Below the pieces are notes generated by a model. It saw only the letters and a list, made by a program, of their open reading frames with translations, had not been told where the DNA came from and made no database searches. A DNA stretch of 64,000 nucleotides, taken from assembly GCA_045106435.1 (NCBI GenBank), contig JBGCEN010000317.1, forward strand, positions 776 through 64,775, in the 5' to 3' direction. Below are positions 38,301-46,684 of this stretch, piece after piece. Origin of the DNA: Rhodothermales bacterium. Lineage in GTDB: Bacteria > Bacteroidota > Rhodothermia > Rhodothermales > JAHQVL01. Both the position numbers and the translations under genes were made by a program. Each line of letters opens with the position of its first letter. The stretch's first letter is position 1.

Positions 38301-39758
38301 CTAGTAGGCACCAGAGCCTTTGACCACTGCAGTGATGGTTCGGATAAGAATGACTGCATCGAGCCATAGAGACCAGTTGCGGACGTAGTAGGGGTCCCAC
38401 TGCTCCATGCCCTCGTTGCCTGAGTCGCTTCTTCCTGATACCTGCCACAGGCCTGTGATGCCGGGTCTTACTCTTTCGCGCAGTTCGCGAACGCGCCGAG
38501 GCAATTCATTGCTGTGATATTGAGGTAGCGGGCGCGGGCCAACCAGTGACATCTCGCCACGAAGGACATTGATTAGCTGTGGCAACTCGTCGAGACTGAG
38601 CCGGCGCAGGATCTTGCCGATTTTTGTGATGCGGGGATCGTTACGCAGTTTGTAAAAGGTCTCCCACTCCTGACGCATTTCATCATCTTCTTCCAGCTTC
38701 TGGCGCAAGACTTCTTCTGCATTCGGGACCATGGTCCTGAACTTATAGGTTTTGAAGTTTTGCCCACCCCGGCCTACGCGGTCCTGACGGAAAAATGGAT
38801 CGCCTCCATCTTCCAGCTTGATAAGTGTGTAGAGGATTGCGCAAACGGGAAACCAAAAGGGCATACTCAATATGACCAGCAAGTAGTCAAAAAGGAGTTT
38901 GGCAAATCGGGAAAAAGGATTGATCAGGTTGGAGGTAATTTCCAGCCCAAGGATGCCATTCAGGTCTCGTGGTTTTACCCACAAAGATGGCGTATCAAAC
39001 ATGTTCGGAATAATCAAGACCGAACGATAGTAGGAGAGTGGTCCTTCAAGAAGCTCTGCTGCACGGGTGCTACTCATGCTAGGCATTGCCAGAATAGCAA
39101 CAGAAGCTTCGGGTGTAACCAGATTTGTGCCTCCTTCAATAGGCACATTCAAAAGATCAGTATTCCATGAATTGGGGTCATCATCAAAGATGCCAATGGG
39201 GTTGTAGCCCAGTCCCTTTTCTTCTTTAAGGAAGCGAACAACCTGCTCCGCAAAGTCGCCACCACCATATATTACCGTTGGTAAGCCCCATTGGTTGAAA
39301 GAAATCAAGGTCCTTTTAACAAGCCAGCGCATGAAGGGAACGGAAACGATGCTTACCAGCAGGGATAGGGTTAAAGTAATACGACTTACAGATTCAGACG
39401 TTTTGCTAATAAAAAGTACAACTGCTGCGCCGGCAAATACGGCTACGAGCAAGAGGGTCGTTCGCCTGAGCTCTTCCACAGGCCCCAGCCCCCAACTGGG
39501 TAGCAACTGAATAAGAGATGCACCAACCCACCATCCGGGAATGAGATACCACGCCCAATCGGGTATAAGCAGTGCGCCTTGCCAGTAATATCGAATCGAG
39601 CCAGCTACCAAAAAAGCAAACACAATGGCAATCATGTCGCCGGCCGCCAGGACCAGGACGTTTTGAACCCTGTGCTTCCAATAGGATACAAGTCTCTCTC
39701 CTTTTCTGGGAAGGCGGTCGAAGAATGACCGCTCGGAAAGTACTTCTACAAGTTCCAT
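38301..39758 (-). CDS. Polyprenyl-phosphate glycosyl-1-phosphate transferase (WbaP/WcaJ-type priming enzyme of EPS synthesis)
   Basis: N-terminal TM bundle plus a Bac_transf C-terminus (FRQDRVG..FKTYKFRTM, RNDPRITKIGKILRRLSLDELPQLINVLRGEMSLVGPRP, GITGLWQVSGRS). Confidence 0.9.
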   Translation of the reverse strand: MELVEVLSERSFFDRLPRKGERLVSYWKHRVQNVLVLAAGDMIAIVFAFLVAGSIRYYWQGALLIPDWAWYLIPGWWVGASLIQLLPSWGLGPVEELRRTTLLLVAVFAGAAVVLFISKTSESVSRITLTLSLLVSIVSVPFMRWLVKRTLISFNQWGLPTVIYGGGDFAEQVVRFLKEEKGLGYNPIGIFDDDPNSWNTDLLNVPIEGGTNLVTPEASVAILAMPSMSSTRAAELLEGPLSYYRSVLIIPNMFDTPSLWVKPRDLNGILGLEITSNLINPFSRFAKLLFDYLLVILSMPFWFPVCAILYTLIKLEDGGDPFFRQDRVGRGGQNFKTYKFRTMVPNAEEVLRQKLEEDDEMRQEWETFYKLRNDPRITKIGKILRRLSLDELPQLINVLRGEMSLVGPRPLPQYHSNELPRRVRELRERVRPGITGLWQVSGRSDSGNEGMEQWDPYYVRNWSLWLDAVILIRTITAVVKGSGAY

Positions 39759-40080
39759 GAGCTAAAATACTCGCTTAAAAGTGGGGAGCTTTCTTGAGAG
39801 AGGAAAATTGAGAACGAAATGCAGTAGATACTTTTTGTCTGCCTGCGTACCAAAGATACAAAACGAGCAGGTGGAATTACTCATCTTTTAAGCGTGTAAA
39901 GGATGCGCCATAACGCTTTATGGAGAGCCCCTTTTGCTTCTGGCCCTATTGGCAAAGAAGCGTCTGAGGCAATCAGTGTTTAGGTGGTGTCCTTAATCAA
40001 CCTTCGATCTGCATTTCAGTCTTTAATGAATTGCTACTACAACAATAGGGCCGAAGTGGGGCGGAAATACGCATAAACAA

Positions 40081-40112
40081 GAATGAGGCCCGGAAAATTC
40101 AGGGCCTCATTC
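40081..40112 (-). terminator. 11-bp GC-rich hairpin downstream of the uxs-like gene (candidate terminator of the upstream operon segment)
   Basis: GAATGAGGCCC-10 nt-GGGCCTCATTC, 37 nt past the stop at 40149. T-rich flanks on both sides (ttttcg on plus, ttgtttat on minus). Confidence 0.6.
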
Positions 40113-40148
40113 TTTTCGTATACCGTCAAATGTACTGTGAGCTCTTTT

Positions 40149-41099
40149 TTATACAGAAGTTAGCTCTGCTTCCTGGTTTTGGAAAAACTCCAGGGTTCTG
40201 CGTAAGCCGGCTTTTCGGTCAACCTGAGGAGACCATTGCAAGATATTTCTCGCTTTGCTGATGTCTGGCTGCCTTACTTTGGGATCGTCAGCTGGTAGAT
40301 CTTTAAATATGATCTCACTTTTACTGCCGGTCAACTCTACAACCTCGCGGGCGAAGTCAAGAATAGAGATCTCGTCAGGATTGCCAATATTTACCGGTTC
40401 AACCTCATCACTCATCAACAACCTGAAGATGCCTTCAACCAGGTCATCTACGTAGCAGAAAGAGCGTGTCTGGCTGCCATCGCCAAATACGGTAATTGGT
40501 TCGCCGGCGAGCGCCTGTTTCATGAACGTTGGGAGCGCGCGGCCGTCATCCAGTCGCATACGCGGGCCATAGGTATTGAAAATACGAATGAGCCGCGTTT
40601 CAACGTCATGATATCGGTGATATGCCATGGTCATGGCTTCGGCAAATCTCTTTGCTTCGTCATAAACACCACGTAAACCTATTGGATTTACATTGCCCCA
40701 GTATTCTTCAGACTGAGGGTGAACCAGAGGATCACCATATACTTCACTGGTTGAGGCAATAAGGAACCTTGCCCGCTTGGATTTTGCTAGTCCAAGTGCT
40801 TTGTGCGTTCCAAGTGCGCCAACTTTTAGGGTCTGTATTGGATATTTAAGATAGTCTACAGGAGACGCTGGACTTGCAAAGTGCAGGATATAGTCCAGCG
40901 GGCCTTCAACGTATATATAGTTGGTTATATCATGCTCAATGAAAGAAAACTTGGGGTTTCCAAACAAATGCGCAACGTTGTCAGGGCGTCCTGTGATGAA
41001 GTTGTCAACACAAATTACTTCATGACCTTCCTTAATAAATCTATCACACAGATGAGACCCGAGAAACCCCGCGCCGCCTGTTACCAGAGTACGTTTCAT
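40149..41099 (-). CDS. uxs: UDP-glucuronate decarboxylase (UDP-xylose synthase), extended SDR
   Basis: [31 protein letters not shown], catalytic YDEAKR, and strong overall resemblance to UXS1/ArnA-C-type decarboxylases. Confidence 0.88.
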   Translation of the reverse strand: MKRTLVTGGAGFLGSHLCDRFIKEGHEVICVDNFITGRPDNVAHLFGNPKFSFIEHDITNYIYVEGPLDYILHFASPASPVDYLKYPIQTLKVGALGTHKALGLAKSKRARFLIASTSEVYGDPLVHPQSEEYWGNVNPIGLRGVYDEAKRFAEAMTMAYHRYHDVETRLIRIFNTYGPRMRLDDGRALPTFMKQALAGEPITVFGDGSQTRSFCYVDDLVEGIFRLLMSDEVEPVNIGNPDEISILDFAREVVELTGSKSEIIFKDLPADDPKVRQPDISKARNILQWSPQVDRKAGLRRTLEFFQNQEAELTSV

Positions 41100-41123
41100 T
41101 TATCTACAACTATTTAAATTTGC

Positions 41124-42488
41124 TTATTCCGAGAAAACTGTTTCAGACGCCGATACAGGGTGGTGGGGCCGTCCGACTGAGAAGTATTCGAATCCTAGCT
41201 CAGCCATTCTCTCTGGCTTGAACAGGTTACGTCCGTCAAAGATAAGGGAAGATTTCATCAAACCTCGCATCTTCTTAAAGTCAGGACGTCGAAATTCGTG
41301 CCACTCGGTGCAAATAATAAGGGCATCCACATCACTTAGTAAAGAGTAACGGTCTTCTGCATAGGCAAGTTTGTCGCCCAGCACGGCTTTGGTGGTATCA
41401 ATTGCTTCCGGATCAAAAGCAGTTACGCTGGCACCTTTTTCAATAAGCTCGTTTATAATAACATGGGAAGGTGCCTCTCTAACGTCGTCAGTGTTGGGTT
41501 TAAAGGCTAAGCCCCATACTGCGAAGTTCTTGCCAGACACATCTCCATCGAAATAATCCATGATACGATCAACGAGAATTCTTCGTTGTTCTTCATTTAC
41601 ATTGAGAACTGCTTTTAAAATAGCAAAGTCGTAATCGTATTGATCGGCGGTTTGTTTGAGTGCTTTTACATCTTTAGGAAAACAACTTCCACCAAAACCT
41701 ATTCCGGGGTAGAGGAATAATTTTCCTATGCGGCTATCCAGGCCGATGCCGACACGTACATTATCTACGTTCGCTCCAACTTTCTCACACAGGTTTGCCA
41801 CTTCATTCATGAACGTGATCTTGGTAGCAAGAAAAGAGTTGGCCGCGTACTTTGTCATTTCAGCTGAACGTTCGTCCATAGCTAAAATAGGATTGCCCTG
41901 GCGTACGAATGGTTCGTACAGCAGCTTCATCAGGTCGGTAGCGCGCTCATTGGAAGAGCCGATCACAACGCGCTCAGGCTTCATGAAGTCCTCAACGGCA
42001 ACGCCTTCGCGCAAGAATTCAGGGTTAGAAACGACATTGAAGTTTTTATTAGACGCCAAGCCCTGCTCCTCCATAATTGCAGTGACTTTGTCGGCTGTGC
42101 CTACAGGCACGGTGCTTTTGTTTACAATTACTTTATACCCAAGGGCTGGATCAGCAACAAGCAATTTTGCTATGTCCCGGCCAACACCGAGTACGTATGA
42201 AAGATCGGCAGAGCCATCTTCTGAAGGAGGCGTTGGAAGTGCGAGAAAGATGATCTCGGCGTGCTGAACAGCTTTTAAAAGATCGGTTGTGAATTGCAGC
42301 CGGCCCTCTCTCAGATTGCGTTCGAAAAACACCTCGAGACCAGGCTCAAAAATGGTTATGTTGCCATTTGATAATTTCTCAACTTTCGATTCATCTATGT
42401 CAACACAGATAACATCATAACCCATTTCCGAGAAACAGGTACCGGAAACAAGACCCACGTATCCAGTTCCAACGATGGCAATATTCAT
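41124..42488 (-). CDS. ugd: UDP-glucose 6-dehydrogenase
   Basis: MNIAIVGTGYVGLVSG, catalytic GFGGSCFPKD, and AFKPNTDD(V)REAP. Confidence 0.93.
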   Translation of the reverse strand: MNIAIVGTGYVGLVSGTCFSEMGYDVICVDIDESKVEKLSNGNITIFEPGLEVFFERNLREGRLQFTTDLLKAVQHAEIIFLALPTPPSEDGSADLSYVLGVGRDIAKLLVADPALGYKVIVNKSTVPVGTADKVTAIMEEQGLASNKNFNVVSNPEFLREGVAVEDFMKPERVVIGSSNERATDLMKLLYEPFVRQGNPILAMDERSAEMTKYAANSFLATKITFMNEVANLCEKVGANVDNVRVGIGLDSRIGKLFLYPGIGFGGSCFPKDVKALKQTADQYDYDFAILKAVLNVNEEQRRILVDRIMDYFDGDVSGKNFAVWGLAFKPNTDDVREAPSHVIINELIEKGASVTAFDPEAIDTTKAVLGDKLAYAEDRYSLLSDVDALIICTEWHEFRRPDFKKMRGLMKSSLIFDGRNLFKPERMAELGFEYFSVGRPHHPVSASETVFSE

Positions 42489-42524
42489 CTGAATCTATAT
42501 TTAATGTAATATTTTTATGAAATG

Positions 42525-42557
42525 GCACTGCCCCTTCTTTGCGTGAAGGGGCAGTGC
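42525..42557 (-). terminator. 12-bp hairpin between sat/cysC and ugd (candidate internal terminator/attenuator or processing site)
   Basis: GCACTGCCCCTT-9 nt-AAGGGGCAGTGC, about 100 nt after the stop at 42658. It is followed on the minus sense by an A/U-rich sequence. Confidence 0.5.
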
Positions 42558-42657
42558 TTTAAGCGACTCATAAAGTAACTGTTTAGTATCTAATCAGTTG
42601 CTTTGTCTAGAAGCTTTCTTTGAGTTATTTCTAACTACCTGATATGTGAAAAACGGC

Positions 42658-44379
42658 TTATTTTTCCAGGTAGCCAAGCTCAAAGAGCTTCTCTAGTACT
42701 TTTAGTGCACTCTCTTCTACTGATTCATCAGCAGTCTTGCATACAACATCGGCATTTTCCGGTGCTTCATAAGGATCGTCAATACCTGTAAATCCTTTGA
42801 TGAGGCCGGCGCGTGCTTTGGCATACAAGCCTTTTGTGTCGCGTTCTTCAACAACAGCTAGTGGTGCGTCTGCAAATACTTCAAGATATCCACCAAGGCC
42901 TTTGATAAGGTCTTCGTTTACCTTACGATCCGCAAAGTACGGAGCGATTGGCGCACAAATAGCGATACCATGATGCTTTGTGATCTCACTTGCTACGTAA
43001 CCGATACGCTGTACGTTGATTGAGCGATCTTCAGCTGAGAAGCCAAGTCCTTTGCTCAGGTGCGTACGAACTACGTCGCCATCAAGCAAGGTAACAGGGC
43101 GGCTGGTTACTTCAAGAAGTTTGGTCAGCAACGCGTTTGCAATTGTTGATTTACCTGAACCTGAAAGGCCAGTGAAGAATACTGTAAACCCTTGTTTGTT
43201 CTTTGGCGGATGCGTTTTGCGCAGCTCAGCAACAACTTCTGTGTAAGAAAACCAATCAGGAATATCTTCACCTGTTGCAAGGCGCCGGCGCAGCTCTGTG
43301 CCAGAGATGTTCAGTGTTTCTTCTCCTTCTTTTACTTCGTCAATTGGCTTGTAGCCATCGATTGCTGGAGAGTAAACCATGAGGCGGAAAGGTACCATTT
43401 CAATACCCAGCTCTTCCCCGTATTTTGTTACCAGTTCCTGGGCATCGTAAGGACCGTAAATTGGGTCGCCATTGCTGTCGTTGCCAGGGCCGGCGTGGTC
43501 ACGACCTACTACGAGGTGTGTACATCCATGGTTTTTACGGATGATTGCATGCCAGAGTGCTTCACGTGGACCAGCCATACGCATTGCGAGTGGAAGGAGC
43601 GCGAGCATTGCACGGTTTTCTGGGTAGTGCTCGATCAGTTTTTTGTAGCAACGAACACGTGTAAAGTAGTCAACATCACCTGGCTTGGTCATGCCTACAA
43701 CCGGGTGAATCAACAGATGTCCGCCAATACCTTCTGCAGCACGGTCTGTAAGTTCTTTGTGCGCACGGTGCATCGGGTTACGCGTCTGGAAAGCAACTAC
43801 GCGGTCAGCGTTTTTGGCTTCAAACTCTGCACGCATCTGTGCAGGCGTTTTGCGTAATTCCATGAAGTCATAATGGATTGGCATTGCGATGCCTTCCAGT
43901 GATCCGCCGATATAGTGGTCGCCGGCCTGGTCCATCAAGTATGCAACTGCAGGGTGTGCACTGTCTGTGGTGCCAAAAGCTTCTTTTGCTTCTTTTTCTT
44001 TGTTCGGCTCCCAGATGTCAGATACAGTAAGAACAGCAACGAGAAGTCCTGTGTTATCCCGAAGTGCTATTTTGTCTCCAGCGCTGTGGTTACCCGCGGT
44101 CTCTGCGTTCACGTCGAGCGTGATCGGCATTGGCCATAGCGTGCCGTCGGCAAGACGCATGTTATCAAGCACGCTGTCATAGTCTGCCTGCCCCATAAAG
44201 CCGGTCAGTGGAGAGAAACCGCCAGATAATAGCAGCTCAATGTCGCACATCTGACGTGGCGTAAGCGTAATAGAAGGGTAGTTGATTGCTTCTTTTATTG
44301 CTTTATTTAACTCTTCATCTTTGAGAAGCAATTCACAAAGTTTACCGCCGTGTGGTTCAATCAGTGTAAGGGTACTCAT
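42658..44379 (-). CDS. sat/cysC: Bifunctional sulfate adenylyltransferase (Sat-type ATP sulfurylase) / adenylylsulfate kinase, i.e. a PAPS synthase
   Basis: ATP sulfurylase motifs (VAFQTRNPMHRAHKEL, VVGRDHAGPG). The C-terminal APS-kinase has a P-loop (FFTGLSGSGKSTIANAL) and DGDVVR. Confidence 0.93.
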   Translation of the reverse strand: MSTLTLIEPHGGKLCELLLKDEELNKAIKEAINYPSITLTPRQMCDIELLLSGGFSPLTGFMGQADYDSVLDNMRLADGTLWPMPITLDVNAETAGNHSAGDKIALRDNTGLLVAVLTVSDIWEPNKEKEAKEAFGTTDSAHPAVAYLMDQAGDHYIGGSLEGIAMPIHYDFMELRKTPAQMRAEFEAKNADRVVAFQTRNPMHRAHKELTDRAAEGIGGHLLIHPVVGMTKPGDVDYFTRVRCYKKLIEHYPENRAMLALLPLAMRMAGPREALWHAIIRKNHGCTHLVVGRDHAGPGNDSNGDPIYGPYDAQELVTKYGEELGIEMVPFRLMVYSPAIDGYKPIDEVKEGEETLNISGTELRRRLATGEDIPDWFSYTEVVAELRKTHPPKNKQGFTVFFTGLSGSGKSTIANALLTKLLEVTSRPVTLLDGDVVRTHLSKGLGFSAEDRSINVQRIGYVASEITKHHGIAICAPIAPYFADRKVNEDLIKGLGGYLEVFADAPLAVVEERDTKGLYAKARAGLIKGFTGIDDPYEAPENADVVCKTADESVEESALKVLEKLFELGYLEK

Positions 44380-44424
44380 TCGTCTATTAGTTTATCGTTT
44401 AGGTTTTGGCATGAAGCAAAATTC

Positions 44425-45192
44425 TTAGCCTGGTGCCTTGGCAGAAATTATTTGCCTGAGAAAAAGAAGTACAAATCGGGGATTATGCTTGAAATATCGC
44501 TTCCACAAACGTCTGGGTTCCATGATTAGCCTGAAAAGCCATTCAAGAGCCATCCGTTGCATCCATGATGGTGCTTGCTTTACGCGACCTGTATGGAAGT
44601 CAAAAGCAGCGCCAACGCCTAGCATAACAGCAGAACATTTATCTTTGTGTTCTGCCATCCATTTTTCTTGTTTCGGACATCCGATTCCGACAAACAGAAT
44701 GCGAACGCCCGATTCATTGATTTGCTTTGTGTACCGCTCATCTTCTTCAGGCGAAAGCGGACGAAATGGAGGCGCAATAGTACAATTTATTAGTATCCCG
44801 GGATAACTGGTTTCGAGAAATTTGACAAAAGCCTCGAGGCTATCCGGTGTACCACCATACAAACCAATTGGTATACCTTGTTCAGCTGCCAGTTGGCACA
44901 CGTGTAAAGTCAAATCAGGACCGTAAACACGAGTGGCTTCCTGGACGCCCAATAATTTTAAAGCCCAGACGAGCGGAACACCATCTGGGGTAACGAGGTC
45001 AGCGCCGTTGACCACTTCCTGAAAAGCCGAATCATCGTGGCTTTCCATGACCATGTGGACATTGGCTGCACACACATAACGAGATAGTCCATCAGATGCC
45101 CAGTTCACCACCCTGCCAGCAGCATCAGAATAGCTGGTCACATCTACGTGCATCTCTAATATGTCTCGAAAATCCCTTTGTGTTTGTATCAT
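44425..45192 (-). CDS. WecB/TagA/CpsF-family glycosyltransferase (GT26)
   Basis: VTPDGVPLVWALKLLG, ILFVGIGCPKQEKWMAEH and EWLFRLIMEPRRLWKRY are all GT26 hallmarks. Confidence 0.88.
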   Translation of the reverse strand: MIQTQRDFRDILEMHVDVTSYSDAAGRVVNWASDGLSRYVCAANVHMVMESHDDSAFQEVVNGADLVTPDGVPLVWALKLLGVQEATRVYGPDLTLHVCQLAAEQGIPIGLYGGTPDSLEAFVKFLETSYPGILINCTIAPPFRPLSPEEDERYTKQINESGVRILFVGIGCPKQEKWMAEHKDKCSAVMLGVGAAFDFHTGRVKQAPSWMQRMALEWLFRLIMEPRRLWKRYFKHNPRFVLLFLRQIISAKAPG

Positions 45193-45330
45193 TAGACCTG
45201 TCTAAGCAGGAAGGAGCATCCAAAGTTATCTATTCCAACCAAACTCACTTCACGTTCGTACCAGCATGGTTTTCATGCAGAAAAAGGATCTGTAAGTTCA
45301 GAGCCTTCAAAAAATAATGCGTTATTAAAA

Positions 45331-46566
45331 TTAATAGAGTGCTTTTTCTGGCAAATTCTTCACAACTGAATCGTACATTTTTGTCATTTCAGCCGCTTTT
45401 ATGGTCCAGTTATTACGCCTTGCAAATTCCAGCCCTGTTTTACTCATGCCGGATAGTTTTTCTGGATTTTCATGAAGCGATGTCAGCGCTTCTGCCAGTC
45501 TATTCATTGTTTCTTTCGGGTTAGATACCTTTACCCGAATACCTGCTTCATTCGGCACGAAGTCATGTGCTCCCTGATGATCAAGGGTCACTATGGCCAG
45601 ACCGTTACTCATTGCTTCCAGTAATTGCGAGCCAAATGAGTCTCTCAGACTTGTGAACAGAAATACTTCGTGTTCTTCATAAGCGGTTTGTACCTCATCC
45701 CAGGGTACACGTCCTTTCCACTCAACTTTTCCAGATAATCCTAATTCATTGATCCAATCATTAACAAAGGCGTCTTCCGGCCCGTCTCCTAGAATCGTCA
45801 TCTGGAAGGGGAAGTTAAGTTTAGCAACAACTTCCAGGGAAAACTTGATGGCCTTGCGTTCGAGCAGCCGGCCCACCCATAAAATATTCATCTTCTCATT
45901 TGAGAAGCCAGCCTTGGGTGCATCTGCAAAATAATGATCTGGAAGTCCAGTGTCCAGAAAAAGTTCAGAACGGATTGCACCCATTGTCTTTGCGATATTC
46001 AATGTGTCGCTATTTGTGGCCAGCAAGAGCGCTGTATGCTTGAGCATTCTCTTGGTAGCCGGCAAAGACGGCAGAAACTTCTCTGTAATATACGTGCGAA
46101 TAGACTCCTGGCGCCATCTTGTAGGAAAGTATTCCTTGAAGGCCTCCGGGGCTACCTGGCCGCCGCCGACAGGGCCAAAGATAAAGGGAATATTCAATTT
46201 CCAAAGCCACGAGCCACCAATAAGGCTTCCCCAGGTGACATGATGGGCAAGGTCGAACTTGTGTTCGTTTAGCAGTTCCTTGGCTTGCCGGTAGGCAGCC
46301 CGCTGCCATAAGAAGTAGTGTGCGTACACACCAAAAATGCCTTTCATCGCCGGCTTGTAGCGAGCCGGGATATCAACAAAAATAAAGCGCAGGTTGGGAA
46401 TGGGGTTCTCCCGCATTTCCTTTTCAACCGTTTCCCTCGCCCAGGTTCGCGTTACTACCCATACTTCATGCCCTTCCTTTGCCAGGTGTGTGGACCAGTT
46501 CCAGCCGAATCCTTCTTCGGAGCCGCGATGGGGTTCACAGGCATATGCGGATAGCAGTATGTTCAT
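45331..46566 (-). CDS. GT-B fold glycosyltransferase (GT4-like)
   Basis: N-terminal NILLSAYACEPHRGSEEGFGW and a C-terminal E-x7-E region (FGSQLLEAMSNGLAIVT). Confidence 0.8.
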   Translation of the reverse strand: MNILLSAYACEPHRGSEEGFGWNWSTHLAKEGHEVWVVTRTWARETVEKEMRENPIPNLRFIFVDIPARYKPAMKGIFGVYAHYFLWQRAAYRQAKELLNEHKFDLAHHVTWGSLIGGSWLWKLNIPFIFGPVGGGQVAPEAFKEYFPTRWRQESIRTYITEKFLPSLPATKRMLKHTALLLATNSDTLNIAKTMGAIRSELFLDTGLPDHYFADAPKAGFSNEKMNILWVGRLLERKAIKFSLEVVAKLNFPFQMTILGDGPEDAFVNDWINELGLSGKVEWKGRVPWDEVQTAYEEHEVFLFTSLRDSFGSQLLEAMSNGLAIVTLDHQGAHDFVPNEAGIRVKVSNPKETMNRLAEALTSLHENPEKLSGMSKTGLEFARRNNWTIKAAEMTKMYDSVVKNLPEKALY

Positions 46567-46571
46567 TTTTT

Positions 46572-46677
46572 AGTTTTCAGTAATCAGTTTACAGAAATCA
46601 GTTTTCAGTCTTCAGTTAGCTACAATCTATAAATCTGCCTATCAGCACCGAATACTGATAACTGATTACTGAAAACT
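46572..46677. repeat. Inverted repeat: 18-nt perfect arms AGTTTTCAGTAATCAGTT / AACTGATTACTGAAAACT around a 70-nt spacer, built from 7-nt-period TCAGT/ACTGA units
   Basis: Read directly. The arms are at 46572-46589 and 46660-46677. The left half continues as heptads (tttcagt aatcagt ttacaga aatcagt tttcagt cttcagt). Confidence 0.9.
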
Positions 46678-46684
46678 CTAAAAA

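Noticed and set aside
43192-43857. A 221-aa plus-strand ORF antisense to sat/cysC. Similar long antisense ORFs occur at 41728..42267, 7328..7948, 59944..60594, 44438..44806 and 355..771.
   Set aside because: All lie wholly inside, or straddle, strongly supported genes on the other strand. Their translations are low-complexity, Cys/Arg/Ser-rich and carry no motifs. They are typical shadow ORFs of codon-biased genes.
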